A DNA stretch of 64,000 bases. Source: Octopus vulgaris. Taxonomy: Eukaryota. Position 1 is the stretch's first letter. Every line of letters begins with the position of its first letter. The stretch spans positions 70,122,001-70,186,000 of the forward strand of contig OX597821.1 in NCBI GenBank assembly GCA_951406725.2, in the 5' to 3' direction. Made by a program: the position numbers and the translations under genes. The notes under the pieces were generated by a model. That model was not told the DNA's origin. It saw nothing but the letters and a program-made list of their open reading frames with translations, and made no database searches. This document shows, in pieces, positions 13,798 to 25,055 of this stretch.

Positions 13798-15384
13798 TAA
13801 GTGCAAGTCAGCTTGCGTAACTCATATGCAAATATATTAACGATCAATTAGCTAAAGTAATTGATTTTTATATAATCACAAGCGGATTCGAGATAAAAGC
13901 CTTGCCATGAATAGGAGAATAGTATTTTGGTTGAAACTTTTCTTTGCAGTCGAAATGGGGTTCGTTTATTCGAAGAATCTCTGGAGTGCTTGAGAGGATG
14001 TGTAGCTCGGATATCAGGGAGTCTCTCCAGGTCAAGCCGTTACTTCTCCACATTGAGGGGTCACAGATCCTGTACCACGGACATAAGATTAGAATGTCAC
14101 AGGAATGAATTGCAAAATTGTTTCTTCAAGCCAAGCCAGACGACAGAAAAGTTAGAGGCAGATCAAGAACGAACCGTTTAGATAATATATATAGTCTCAG
14201 AATCAAACCGGCAAGATTAATAGCATTTGCTTCTGATAGGAAGCTATAAAAGAGGTCCCCGAGGACTTGAACTCCACGACTCACGGCAGGAGATGAATGG
14301 ATGGATGAATGAGACTTCTTTGCTGAAGAAATCGAATCGGTTTTTCGTTTCTTTTCTTCTTTTTTTCGTCATAAATATCTTAAACTTAACAACTATATGG
14401 CATTCTGGACCGTTGAATAGTACACATGAGTGTTTCAAGAGTTTTGTGTGAACTTATACAATTTCATCTCAAACAAGAAGGGCAAAGAATTTTGTTCCTA
14501 TAGCTCATCTGATTGCCATTAAAGGGCTCCGTATCTCTTTGCTCTTAGATTTTACAAATCTATCAGCGCAACGAGCAGCGAGCTTCCTGCAAACATCTAG
14601 ATTGCTTGCTTCCCTCTTAGTTCCACTCGGGCCGACAGCCATCCGTTATCTTGTCTCCCGGAACTTACTGCTCCACGTCTATTTTGGTCATTTATTCGCT
14701 CTTTTTCCTGCTTCCGGCATTCACTTTATTACGATGGTAGCATATCTCTCCCACGGTAATCGAAGCACATGGCTAATCACTCCAGGTATTACTGATCAAT
14801 AAATACTCAGGGAATGTATGTTTATAGAGATTTTATTTTTACTTCGATTTTTTTCTTTTTTTTTTTTGATACTGCTGCAATCTTTCAGACCTTTTCGTTC
14901 TTGACCCAGATGCGGTAAAACATCACCACTTTATTCTATTGCTGATGGTATTCACTTTCTATTCGCAAATATGTTAACTACAACAAACTCAATTACATCT
15001 ATTGAAGACAAAGTTGTAGTCCTACATTTTAAATACCTCTACTTGTCAGTTCCTATTTTGTGTTTTCAACCCTTTTTTAATATATTAGACATTTTTTTTT
15101 TAGCGTTTTATAAAGTTACCTTTTAAGAGTGACAAAATAGAGCGATCAAGGAGCGCTTCTTTTGATAAGTGTACATAGAAGCGATCACCGCACCACTGAA
15201 GGACCAATGTGCTTAAAACAACATCTTTAGAATAGCCCCCAATAAGTTGAATCTTATTGATAAGTTGAATCTCTATGATACCCAGGTACTTATATTCTTC
15301 CTCTCCGACTTCCTTTATGGTTTCACTACTTTCCAATTTGATCCTATGGCTTTTATTAACCCCCTTCCTTTTGAGAATAAGTTG

Positions 15385-15925
15385 AGACCTTCCGAGTATT
15401 CGTCTCCGCTCGCGCGGGTACCACTCGACAACTTCGCGGGTCCACCGATTATCGGTGAGCCGGGCGACGTGTCTAGCCTGTCTAAACTTGTTGCGTGTAT
15501 ATTCTACGATGACATCCCTCACGCCGGACTTCTGTCTGATGACCTTGCAACTGATGTGCTCTCTCAACGAGATTCCAAGCATTGACTTCTCCATGGCTCT
15601 TTGAGCCGTTACCAATCTCTGCTCTTCTCTCTTTGGTGTAGCTCATGTTTCATTGCCATATAACATTGCAGGTAGAACTGTGCTATTGATGAGGTTGGTG
15701 CAGGTGGTCCTGTCCAACTTTCCCTTGAGCACATCCCTTATTCCATTAAACGCATTCCATACGGCTCTTACTCTCCGCGAGATCTCCTTTTCGATGACCC
15801 GGTAAGATGAACCGCATGAAAATGAAGTTCATGCGGTCCGTCAACGTACCAACAGGTCGAATGGTGGTCGGCAGTGATGAAATAGAAGAGGTAAAGGAAA
15901 TATCTACCTGAGACAGGAAGTGAAT
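15385..15925 (-). mobile_element. RTE-clade LINE fragment with inverted 5' segment
   Basis: Minus: EKEISRRVRA.WNAF, TAQRAMEKSMLGISLRE, RHVARLTDNRWTREVVEWYPR; plus strand 15800-15925: KMNRMK.KFM..EIEEVKE.YL.QEVN. Confidence 0.8.
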
Positions 15926-16559
15926 ATATATATATATCTATATATATATATATATATGCGTGTGTGTGTGTATGTGTGTGTAAAATTATAACTGAGGATA
16001 TCTAAGAGATACCACCATGCCTGACTCCAAAACCACATCAAGTATTCGTATATTGTGTGTGTGTGTGTATGTGTGTGTGTGTGTATGTATATATATATAT
16101 ATATTGTATAATTTGTATTTATATACTATGTTTTGAAATATCTCACTGAGGAGGCAAAGTATATTTTTTATACAGAACCAGAAACTCAGATCTGCGATTA
16201 TCCAGTAATTTACTTGTTTATTTGTTTTCTCACCTTGTGCTCTATAAATATTTGATGCGGTTTAGCATCAGGCTTTGACTGCCATTTCTACCATGGTGGT
16301 ATCTGTGAGATACCTTCAATTAAATTTTAATCATAATTATTGACTATAAGGTTTTTCTTCCTATGATCGCTATTTTAAATAAAGGCCTTATCTTATTTAT
16401 AAGAAAATTATATATATGTGTGTATGTGTGCGTGCATACATACATACTTACATACATGCATACATGCATACATAAATACATACATACATGCATACATACA
16501 TATATACGACTCTACCGCAACATATCATTAGATGAAAGGATGAGCCTATATGAGCAGAT

Positions 16560-17210
16560 GACTATATATGTATATGCTAGTAGAAAGCTCCGGTATGATA
16601 GTAACATCGATCATCAAAGCAGTTTATCATAGACAAATAGCCAGATTACTACTTCCCACTTTGAAGAGTATGCGTTTGCAATCCAGGAACCGGAAATATC
16701 AACCAAGTACCTGATGCACAAAAGGGATAACGATGCAGGAAAAGCTGCACAATGAGAGAATCGATTCAGACTTTGTGGAATTTACACTGAAGATATCAGC
16801 CACATCATAAGAGGTTGTCCGAAAATGTCATCACGGTTTTACCTTCTGATTAGACATGACGTTGGAATGCACCAGTGAATACCTCAATAAAATGTAAGCA
16901 CGACTGACCTGATATAATGATTTGAAACTGTGCACAGTTGTGGAAATTAACTGCCAGCGGATGTTAACATAAATCTGAAGATCAGTAAAAAAGAGAGCAC
17001 CTATGCTGAACTATTGAGAAATCTGCAGTTACTCTATCCAAATTACAAGTTCAGGTTGGTACCTGTAATTATTGGGGCCCTGGGATTTGTAATACACTGC
17101 CTAAATACCAATCTTGATAAATTAGGCTTCTCAAAATCAGAAAGGAGAAAGCTAATCCGAAGACTACAAATCCAATCTATCACTGGAACTGTAAAAGTCT
17201 GTTTAAATAT
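16560..17210 (+). mobile_element. R4/Dong-like LINE 3' relic (zinc knuckle plus endonuclease end)
   Basis: AFAIQE, RLCG...EDISHII.GCPKMS..RHD, VPVIIGALG (ORF 17014-17304). Confidence 0.7.
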
Positions 17211-17444
17211 ATATTTAAATATATATGAGCATTCTATATATGTAACTATATGCATGAGCCTAAAAAAATATTTGCGTATGCAAAAATTAATAACACAAAT
17301 GTAAAATTACAATTGGATACAAGTAGCAACATCTCAATAACTTACACAGATACATGAGAAAAGATAGGGAGACCTAAATCTTTTCTGTAAAAATGTAAAT
17401 GGTTTTTCCTCCAGGACAAATAAGTCGTTCGGCGAAATGAAAAA

Positions 17445-18145
17445 AAAAAAAATTTTTCCTGAAGTTCCTAAATTAGGTTTGTGTACCAAAACGAAGACAT
17501 GGTTTCAAATGCAAGAATACGCCATACCGACATTTAAACAAAAACGAATGGTATCGTTCGCAGCGTTAGAATAGATAAAATTAGAGTAAGAGAGAGACTA
17601 GATAAATTAAGAGTTATGCAAAAAATGGAATATTCTAAATTGGCAGCACCAAATGTATACAGGTAAGAAAAAGAATGACAAGATGAAAGTGTGCGCTGAG
17701 TTCTCCTCTGGTTTAAACGTGCCACTAATCTTGAAACGTGCCACTAATCGCTACCTACTCCGGAGGATATTTTTGCGAAATTAATCGGTGGCAAGATATT
17801 TTCTGAACAGAATCTCTCTGATGCGCTCTCCTATTAATTAGAATAGACGGTAAATGCTCTAAATGCTTAACAATTAACACATATAAAGGACTGTATAATT
17901 AAAATCGGTTACCATGTGGCTTAATCCAGGGATCAGCTCATAGATCACACACATTTACGGATTACGACATGACTTTGAGTGAAGAGAAGTCTGATATTTT
18001 CTTACCGAAAATAAAGTATTTAGGATAAATCATTGGCAGAAATGGACGTCGACCAGACCTGTCGAGAGCAGCGGCAATTAAAAATATGTCCCCCACCCGA
18101 CATATATTACGATATTATAAGCATTTTTAGGACTGGCAAATTATT
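17445..18145 (+). pseudogene. Ty3/Gypsy pol (RT) relic
   Basis: LGLCTKTK, EYS.(W)AAP.VY, VCA.FSSGLN, LPTPEDIFAKL.GGKIFS..LSDA, TINTYKGLY..NRLP, KYLG.II. Confidence 0.8.
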
Positions 18146-18148
18146 ACC

Positions 18149-18218
<70 letters not shown>

Positions 18219-18436
18219 GAGATTTACAGAAAAACACAAGACGAAGACGGGTGTATGAACAACAAGCAGGTGTATTAATTTGACGCTCAGGAAAGTGAGA
18301 AAGTATTTTACGTTTCGAGCCTACACCATTCAGCAGAAAGGAATAAGAGAAAATAAACAGAGAAAGATTAAAAAACTTGTGAATTTAGTGGTCAAGCATT
18401 TATATATATATATATATATATATACATACACATACA

Positions 18437-19108
18437 TACTAGTCTGATCAATAAGTATCCGGACTGTTGCCATAGAAACGAAGCTAAGGCATGCAGAGTA
18501 AAGCCACTTCACGCAGATTGACTTTAAACCTTTTGTGCATGCGCTCTAAGTTTTAACGTTATAGCTCACTTAGGTTGTTTACAGAAGTGCTTGGAAGGAA
18601 AGTGTGTAGCTGTTTTGGCACAAACTTGGCAGACGCGTCTCGTACCCAATTTTTCAGTGATAATGGACTGAACTAAACCGTAACTAATCTGTTCATCCAC
18701 TAATAACTCACGGATGATGAATCGACGATTTCTCCGCACAGCTGCATGCACATCTGCGATGTTTTTCTCAGCTTTGCTGGTTGCGGGTCTTCCAGAACGT
18801 TCGTCAATATCGGCGTTTTTCAGCCATCTTGAAAACGTCTGAACCACTGGTACACTTATGTGCGTCTCATACACTCTTCTCCATACACTTTCTGCAACTT
18901 TGCAGGCATCACAATGACAACCTTCTCTGTCGTAATCAATACGACGATCACACGCTACACACTTTCCTTCCAATCAGTGAGCTATAACGTTAAAACTTTG
19001 TGAATATGAACAACAGATTACAAATTCAATCTGTACCAAGCGGCTTTACACTGCGTACTTAAGCTCCGTTACTATGGTAATAGTCCGGATACTTATTGAT
19101 CACGGCTA
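18437..19108 (-). mobile_element. Internally deleted mariner element with TIRs
   Basis: TGATCAATAAGTATCCGGACT ... AGTCCGGATACTTATTGATCA; ORF 18566-18973 has the HTH/linker DERSGRPATS...VRRNRR..IREL...SIITEKLG.RRV. Confidence 0.85.
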
Positions 19109-19138
19109 AGATCAAGGTCTAATATCTACTCTTAACAG

Positions 19139-19185
<47 letters not shown>

Positions 19186-19392
19186 TGTGTAGTGAATGTA
19201 TGTGTGTAGGTGTCGGCGACGAGAAGTATTTTGAATTCATTAACTTTTTTACTTTTATATTTGTTTTTTTTTTCTATATTTTTCTAGAAATATTTTGGCG
19301 ACAGCCTTTTCTTTCTAACAGAATCAGAAAGAAAATACAAAATAAATGCGTAATCACAAAATATAAATTAAAATAAGCAGAAAATACACTCA

Positions 19393-19442
<50 letters not shown>

Positions 19443-20828
19443 ATATATACATAATGTGTGTGTGTGTCTGTGTGTGTGTCTGTGTCTGCGTGTGAGTGTG
19501 TGTGATTGTTTGTGTGTATGTGTATGTGTGTGAATGGGTATTAAGAAAACAAATTGATCGAACGTGAAACCCTAGAAACGAACGAAATAATCAGGAAGAG
19601 AAACTAGAAATATCGATTTCTTCCAACAGCAACAATACTATCGTATAATCGTGTCAAACAAGAATTCTCCTGTTTCTTCTATTCTCAGTCGAAATCTAGG
19701 TGCAGAGTAAGGCTAAGAGACTACTCCGTTTGAAATTACCCCAATATATGACTGGTGTATAATTGATAGACCCCCTATAATTGGTGCTTTGTCTTGCTGG
19801 GTTCATTCATCTTTGTCCTGAAGACGAATGTGGAGAAGTCATTCCAGTAAAGTTAGGTCCCTCCATGTAGACACAAATCCATGAGAGAGCATCTACATTG
19901 TCACGTGTTCACATGGAAACGCAATGATGCTGTGACTGAGTGTAGATCATTTAGAATTCACACAATTTGACAGAAATTACAATCAATTCATCTTCGGATC
20001 GCACCAATTCTTTCTATGCCATTATGTCGAGGAAAGATCCCTGGTGATTGCTAAAATATGCAAATAGCGCTTATGGAATTATTGTAGGAAAATTCCAAGG
20101 TGGGCTCCATGCTCAGCCTTCTTTCGGTGCTTTTCACAGGATACTATCTTGCTTTCATTCTACCACATCATTGTCATCACTCAAACACAAAGACCCAAAA
20201 CAAATCTCTCACCGCATTTCGTCCGACACTCATCAGATTCTATGAATTTACAACTCCGATCTAGTCATTTGTTTTATCGAAATCCCGAAGAACGAAATGC
20301 ATCATCTTCATTGGTAGGAATTGAACTTAAAACATCAACAGTGGGAACATATACAAGCAGGAATTTTCCGATACTCTACTAATTCTGCCAATTCCCCACT
20401 TCCTCGTTCTCTACCAGATTTAAAAAAGAAGGATACATTGGCTAATGGAGCCTTAAATAAACAGTCTTTAACAAGAGCGTTGTCCATCCTCGACGTCCAC
20501 AAAGCCCAACTATAAATACAATTATCCATCAATGCTTTCCGTCATAATGTATCAGTTTGACCTGCCAGTTCCTCCAAACTCTTGGATTACTTCCTTTCTT
20601 ATATTTGGCAAGGAGTATCTTTCTCGAAATATTATATGTACCCTAACTTATGTAAGATAATACAATATCATCTCTTCGCTATTATTTATTGGCATCACCT
20701 TTTATATCTTGAATTCTCAGCTGCATTGCTGAAAGTTGTTTTAAATCGTTAAAATCATTTAATAAAGTTGATTATTGAAAAGACTGGCCTTTAAAATGTC
20801 TAAAATACAGACACAAATTAATTTAAAC

Positions 20829-21146
20829 CAGAAGTTCTCAAACTGTTTGGGCCACCGCTCCCTCATGGCCACATAACACCGTCATCGCTCCCACGCCAAT
20901 TTTTATGTATAAATAAATAGTTTATATTTTACTAATTTATATACACTATGAATCACTTGATATTTAATATAGTATACAATTGGTATACAATATTATAATA
21001 ATAATATAATAAATTCATAGCGTTCCCCAATTCACTGCCATCCTCCCAACGCCTCCTTATCTTCTACCAGCCCCTTAAGCACCAGCGACCAACTCGACTG
21101 TCTCAACGCCCACCGCGGGCAGTAGTGCCCACTTTGAGAATCTATG
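20829..21146. mobile_element. hAT (Charlie-like) MITE
   Basis: Ends CAGAAGTTCTCAAA / TTTGAGAATCTATG; perfect 8-bp TSD ATTTAAAC at 20821-20828 and 21147-21154. Confidence 0.85.
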
Positions 21147-22269
21147 ATTTAAACAATCGGGTACTCTGTAATGAAAAGATTGGAGACCACTTCCTGAAAT
21201 GTATTACATCTGAAATAAACAGACAGAATGGCCACTTTACACATTCACCCCTTAATCATTTATGACTGACTTGATGGCGGCTTTTCTAGTTTTTTTAACT
21301 TTGCTCGGGAAACCAAACTCTCTGCGTTAAAGCGCTCACATACATGCACATATACAGATATATATAGACAAACACACTCACACATATATTTGTTTTTAAT
21401 TTTTGGCACAAGGCCAACAATTTTGTGGTAGAAGTTCGATTATATCAACTCTAGTGTTCAAATTGTACTTATTTTATCAACCACGAAAGCTTAGAAGGGC
21501 AAAGTCAACCTCGACGATCTTTGGACTCACAACATAAAACCGAAAGAAATTTCGATGTATTTGCTTCGGCACAGTAACAATTCTACCGCCTTGCACATAC
21601 AATGAAAAACATATTTCAGCCAGATGATCGTCTGAAGATAATTAAAATAATTATCTGATCATAGACAGAGAACTACAAATTTGCTGTTTGAATGTAGAAT
21701 GTGAAAGGGTGTAACTAAATGCTAGTAACTATTTTGTTGATGGGTCTGATAACTTTTTCTTTCTTTGTGTATGTGTGTGTGTGTGTGTGTGTACTAATCG
21801 CACTTTTAAAACCAAACACCTTATCTATTGAAGAAAATATGATTTTGGAAATATGAGCTCTTAGTGTTTTGGCCACTTAACTTCGTTTACCTTTTAGCAT
21901 TAAAAAATCAGAATGTTTGAGTATTTCGTGGATATCGATTTTTGAATTGATAAACCACCATCGCATTATTATTAAAAATTCACCGACCACGGGTTACTCC
22001 GGATTTTCATCGTACAGCTTGTGGCCCCATCGTAGATACGAAGGGGGTTGCGAGGACAGTCAATGGCGAAAATAAAATGGAAAAAATGTGTGTCAGTATA
22101 TAGTATGTGTGATTATTTAGTACTTATTGAAGTTGTCAGTCTCGAGCAGGATTCGAACAGGCTGTTGTTTACATCTCAGTTTTGTCAATCAAAATAACCC
22201 ATGGTACCACAACATCCAGACATTATTCGCATAGAACAGTAAGAGGAAAGTCCTAGTTCGATTTTTTGA

Positions 22270-22470
22270 AAGCCTAAAGAAATCCGCTCGCGCATTCACA
22301 GCAAACAAGGCACAGGGCCAGACTTTAGATCGTGTAGGTGTATTTTTAAGCACTCAGATGTTTACACACGGCCAATTATACGTCGCTTTGAGTAGAGCAA
22401 CGGACTCCAGTAATTTGAAAATATCGTCTACAAACAGAAAATATCGTCTACAAAGATGTTTTGCAATCAT
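22270..22470 (+). pseudogene. Helitron PIF1-like helicase C-terminal relic
   Basis: AFTANKAQGQTLDRVGVFLSTQMFTHGQLYVALSRAT...NIVYKDVL. Confidence 0.85.
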
Positions 22471-22904
22471 CTTGATGTTATCGAAAGGAATAGGATTCAT
22501 AATTTAAAAAAGGAAATTAGTGGACTTTGAATGTATAAGAGTGTAAAATATTGTAAACAACTAAAATAAAAGTATATCTAAATATAAGGCTGTCCCAAAA
22601 GTTCGTAGAAAATCTTGGAAAATAATGGTCTTTATTTTGAGGAAAAATAAAAGTATATCTAAATAACATTTTTCTCTTAATACTTTTTATGCAGTGGTAG
22701 AAGGAAGGTCTGGCTTTCGTTAGGAGTGGTCCACATAACCATTCCTGATACAGAGGCTGGGAGCCTATTTCAATTCGGGAGTGAAAGGTCATCACATGTC
22801 CCTTAGTCGCAAACACATGTCATATAGCTGCAACAGAATGCTGTATCACCAACAATAATGTGATTTCTCTAAGACATCACCCAGTAATCTATCAAAGTTT
22901 GCAG

Positions 22905-23098
22905 AATGCAGAATGCTCGATTGAAAGAAAATTTTAATGAATTGAGAAAATGAAAAAATATATAAATATATATTTATATTTTTTTTCATTTTCTCAATTC
23001 ATTAAAATTTTCTTTCAATCGAGCATTCTGCATTTTTACAATTTTTTATTGCTTATCATTTCTCCACGTGCGGTCAACACAACCCCACCATTTATTGA

Positions 23099-23152
<54 letters not shown>

Positions 23153-23822
23153 CTCGTAATATCCTTTCGGGGTAAAACTATGGTTAATCAGTTACGCACT
23201 GGGGTCGATGTAATCGACTTAATCCGTTTGTCTGTCCTTGTTTGTCCCCTCTGCGTTTAGGCCCCTTGTGGGTTGTAAAGAAATCTGTATCATTATCATA
23301 AACGCAGGAAGGATAGTTCGGGTTCAGTCCTACTGCTCGGCCTTTTTTATCGAACGGCTAAGCACCGATTGTCAAGCATGCCTTGACTGGAAACAAAACA
23401 AAGGCATGCATACATGTATGTGCGTGTGTGTATGATGGGTCATGGGTCGGCCCAGAACTTTAGTGGAAGACACTTGTTCAAAGTGCCGCGCAGTAGGACT
23501 GAACCCGAACTATCCTTCCTGCGCTTATGATAATCATACCTTGACTGTCTATGTCTAATATTTGTAGTTTACTAGCAACTCTACCTGTCTGCGATGGAGG
23601 CATAAAATGAGGGAGGGAAGTCATAACAGAAGTCTGCTTTGAGAAATGATAAGCAATAAAAAATTGTAAAAATGCAGAATGCTCGATTGAAAGAAAATTT
23701 TAATGAATTGAGAAAATGAAAAAATATATAAATATATATTTATATATTTTTTCATTTTCTCAATTCATTAAAATTTTCTTTCAATCGAGCATTCTGCATT
23801 TTTACAATTTTTTATTGCTTAT
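22905..23822. repeat. Nested inverted repeats; one AT-rich hairpin present twice
   Basis: Hairpin TGCAGAATGCTCGATTGAAAG...CTTTCAATCGAGCATTCTGCA at ~22907-23032 and ~23641-23822; a further inverted pair at ~23290-23337 / ~23490-23535. Confidence 0.85.
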
Positions 23823-23834
23823 ATATATATTCTT

Positions 23835-24402
23835 TTATTCTTTTATTTGTTTCAGTCATTTGACTGCAGCCATGCTGGAGCACTGCCTTTTGTCGAACAA
23901 ATCGATCCCAGGACTTATCTTTTGTAAGTCTAGTACTTATTCTATCGGTTCTTTTGCCGAACCACTAAAATGGTTGGGAGGACAAACACAGACACACAAA
24001 CATTACCCCTCTGCAAAGGAATTTTATTTAATTCTTTCGCAGGAAGGATTAGTTCGACGAGACGTGTTCTGTCCTCACCTTCGAAACACGCTGGAGTTGA
24101 ACTAAGGACGGCTGATGAAGGGGATTTTTCCTTGTGTAGTTGTCTTGTACTCTGTTTTTTCGTTGTTAAAGGAATGGTCCGTTTTTACGTTTTCGTTTCA
24201 TTGAGTTCTACGTCTATTTGTGGTGTCCTGTACATACGTATATATATTTATATATGCATGTATATATACATGTAGGTACGCACATATATGTTTGTATGTA
24301 TGCATATATTTTATTTATTACACTATTGTATGACTGAGCGCCTTCGCGTCGATTCGATTCGATTCGTTTGGTTTCGTTTCGTTTCTTCTTCTTCTCTAGG
24401 CT

Positions 24403-24474
<72 letters not shown>

Positions 24475-24645
24475 ACGGGCATACGACGGGTTTCTTTCAG
24501 TTTCCGTCTACCAAATCCATTCACATGGCCTTGTTCAGTCGAGGTTACAGTAGAAGACACTTGCCCAAGGTTCCACGCAGTGGGACTGAACCCAGAACCA
24601 TGTGGTTGGTAAGCAAGCTACTTACCACACAGCTACTCCGGCACC
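23835..24645 (-). mobile_element. tRNA-derived SINE family B, split by an insertion
   Basis: Tail 23835-24000 and head 24480-24645 match the intact copy at 56440-56850. Confidence 0.8.
24049..24123 (+). ncRNA. Non-circularly permuted (pseudoknotted) hammerhead candidate, family J1
   Basis: ttagttcgac-gaga-CGTGT-T-ctgtcc-tcac-cttc-GAAACACG-ctgga-gttgaactaa-ggacgg-CTGATGA-a-gggg. Confidence 0.75.
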
Positions 24646-24859
24646 TATATAAATATTTATGTACATATGCGTGTATTTGTATATATATATGTATATATAT
24701 ATATAATATACATAGTGCTCCAGCATGGCCTTAGTCAAATGACTGAAATGTTTAAAAGAATAAAAGAATAAAAAATTATTCAGTTCTATATTTAAGACAT
24801 GAGGAATTATGTACATTATTTACATTTGACGGATATTTGTACTCAACTTGTTTGTTGTT

Positions 24860-24905
24860 AACACAACGTTTCGGCTGATATACTTTCCACCCTTCATCAG
24901 GTGTC
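24860..24905 (-). ncRNA. Minimal type I hammerhead motif
   Basis: gacac-CTGATGA-a-gggtg...cagcc-GAAAC-GTT-gtgtt. Confidence 0.7.
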
Positions 24906-24974
24906 TTGGGGAAATTTCGAACCTGGGCTCTCATTCCTAAGGTATATTTCGATATTATTATTATTATTATTATT

Positions 24975-25055
24975 ATTCAGGTCACTGCCTGGAATCGAAC
25001 TTGGAATCTTGTGTTATTAGCCCGCGCTTTTAACCACCACGCCATATGCCTGTGG
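24975..25055 (-). mobile_element. tRNA-like SINE head
   Basis: A-box TGGCGTGGTGG and B-box AGTTCGATTCC on the minus strand, followed by (AAT)n. Confidence 0.7.

Noticed and set aside
16140-16200. CTGAGGA...GAAACTCAGATC hammerhead-like string
   Set aside because: Stem II does not pair convincingly and stems I/III have mismatches; at best a decayed copy
24975-25055. Possible functional tRNA gene (also SINE heads at ~36410, ~52803, ~56780, ~59720)
   Set aside because: A/B boxes are present but I could not fold a clean cloverleaf, and each is attached to repeat sequence; treated as SINE heads
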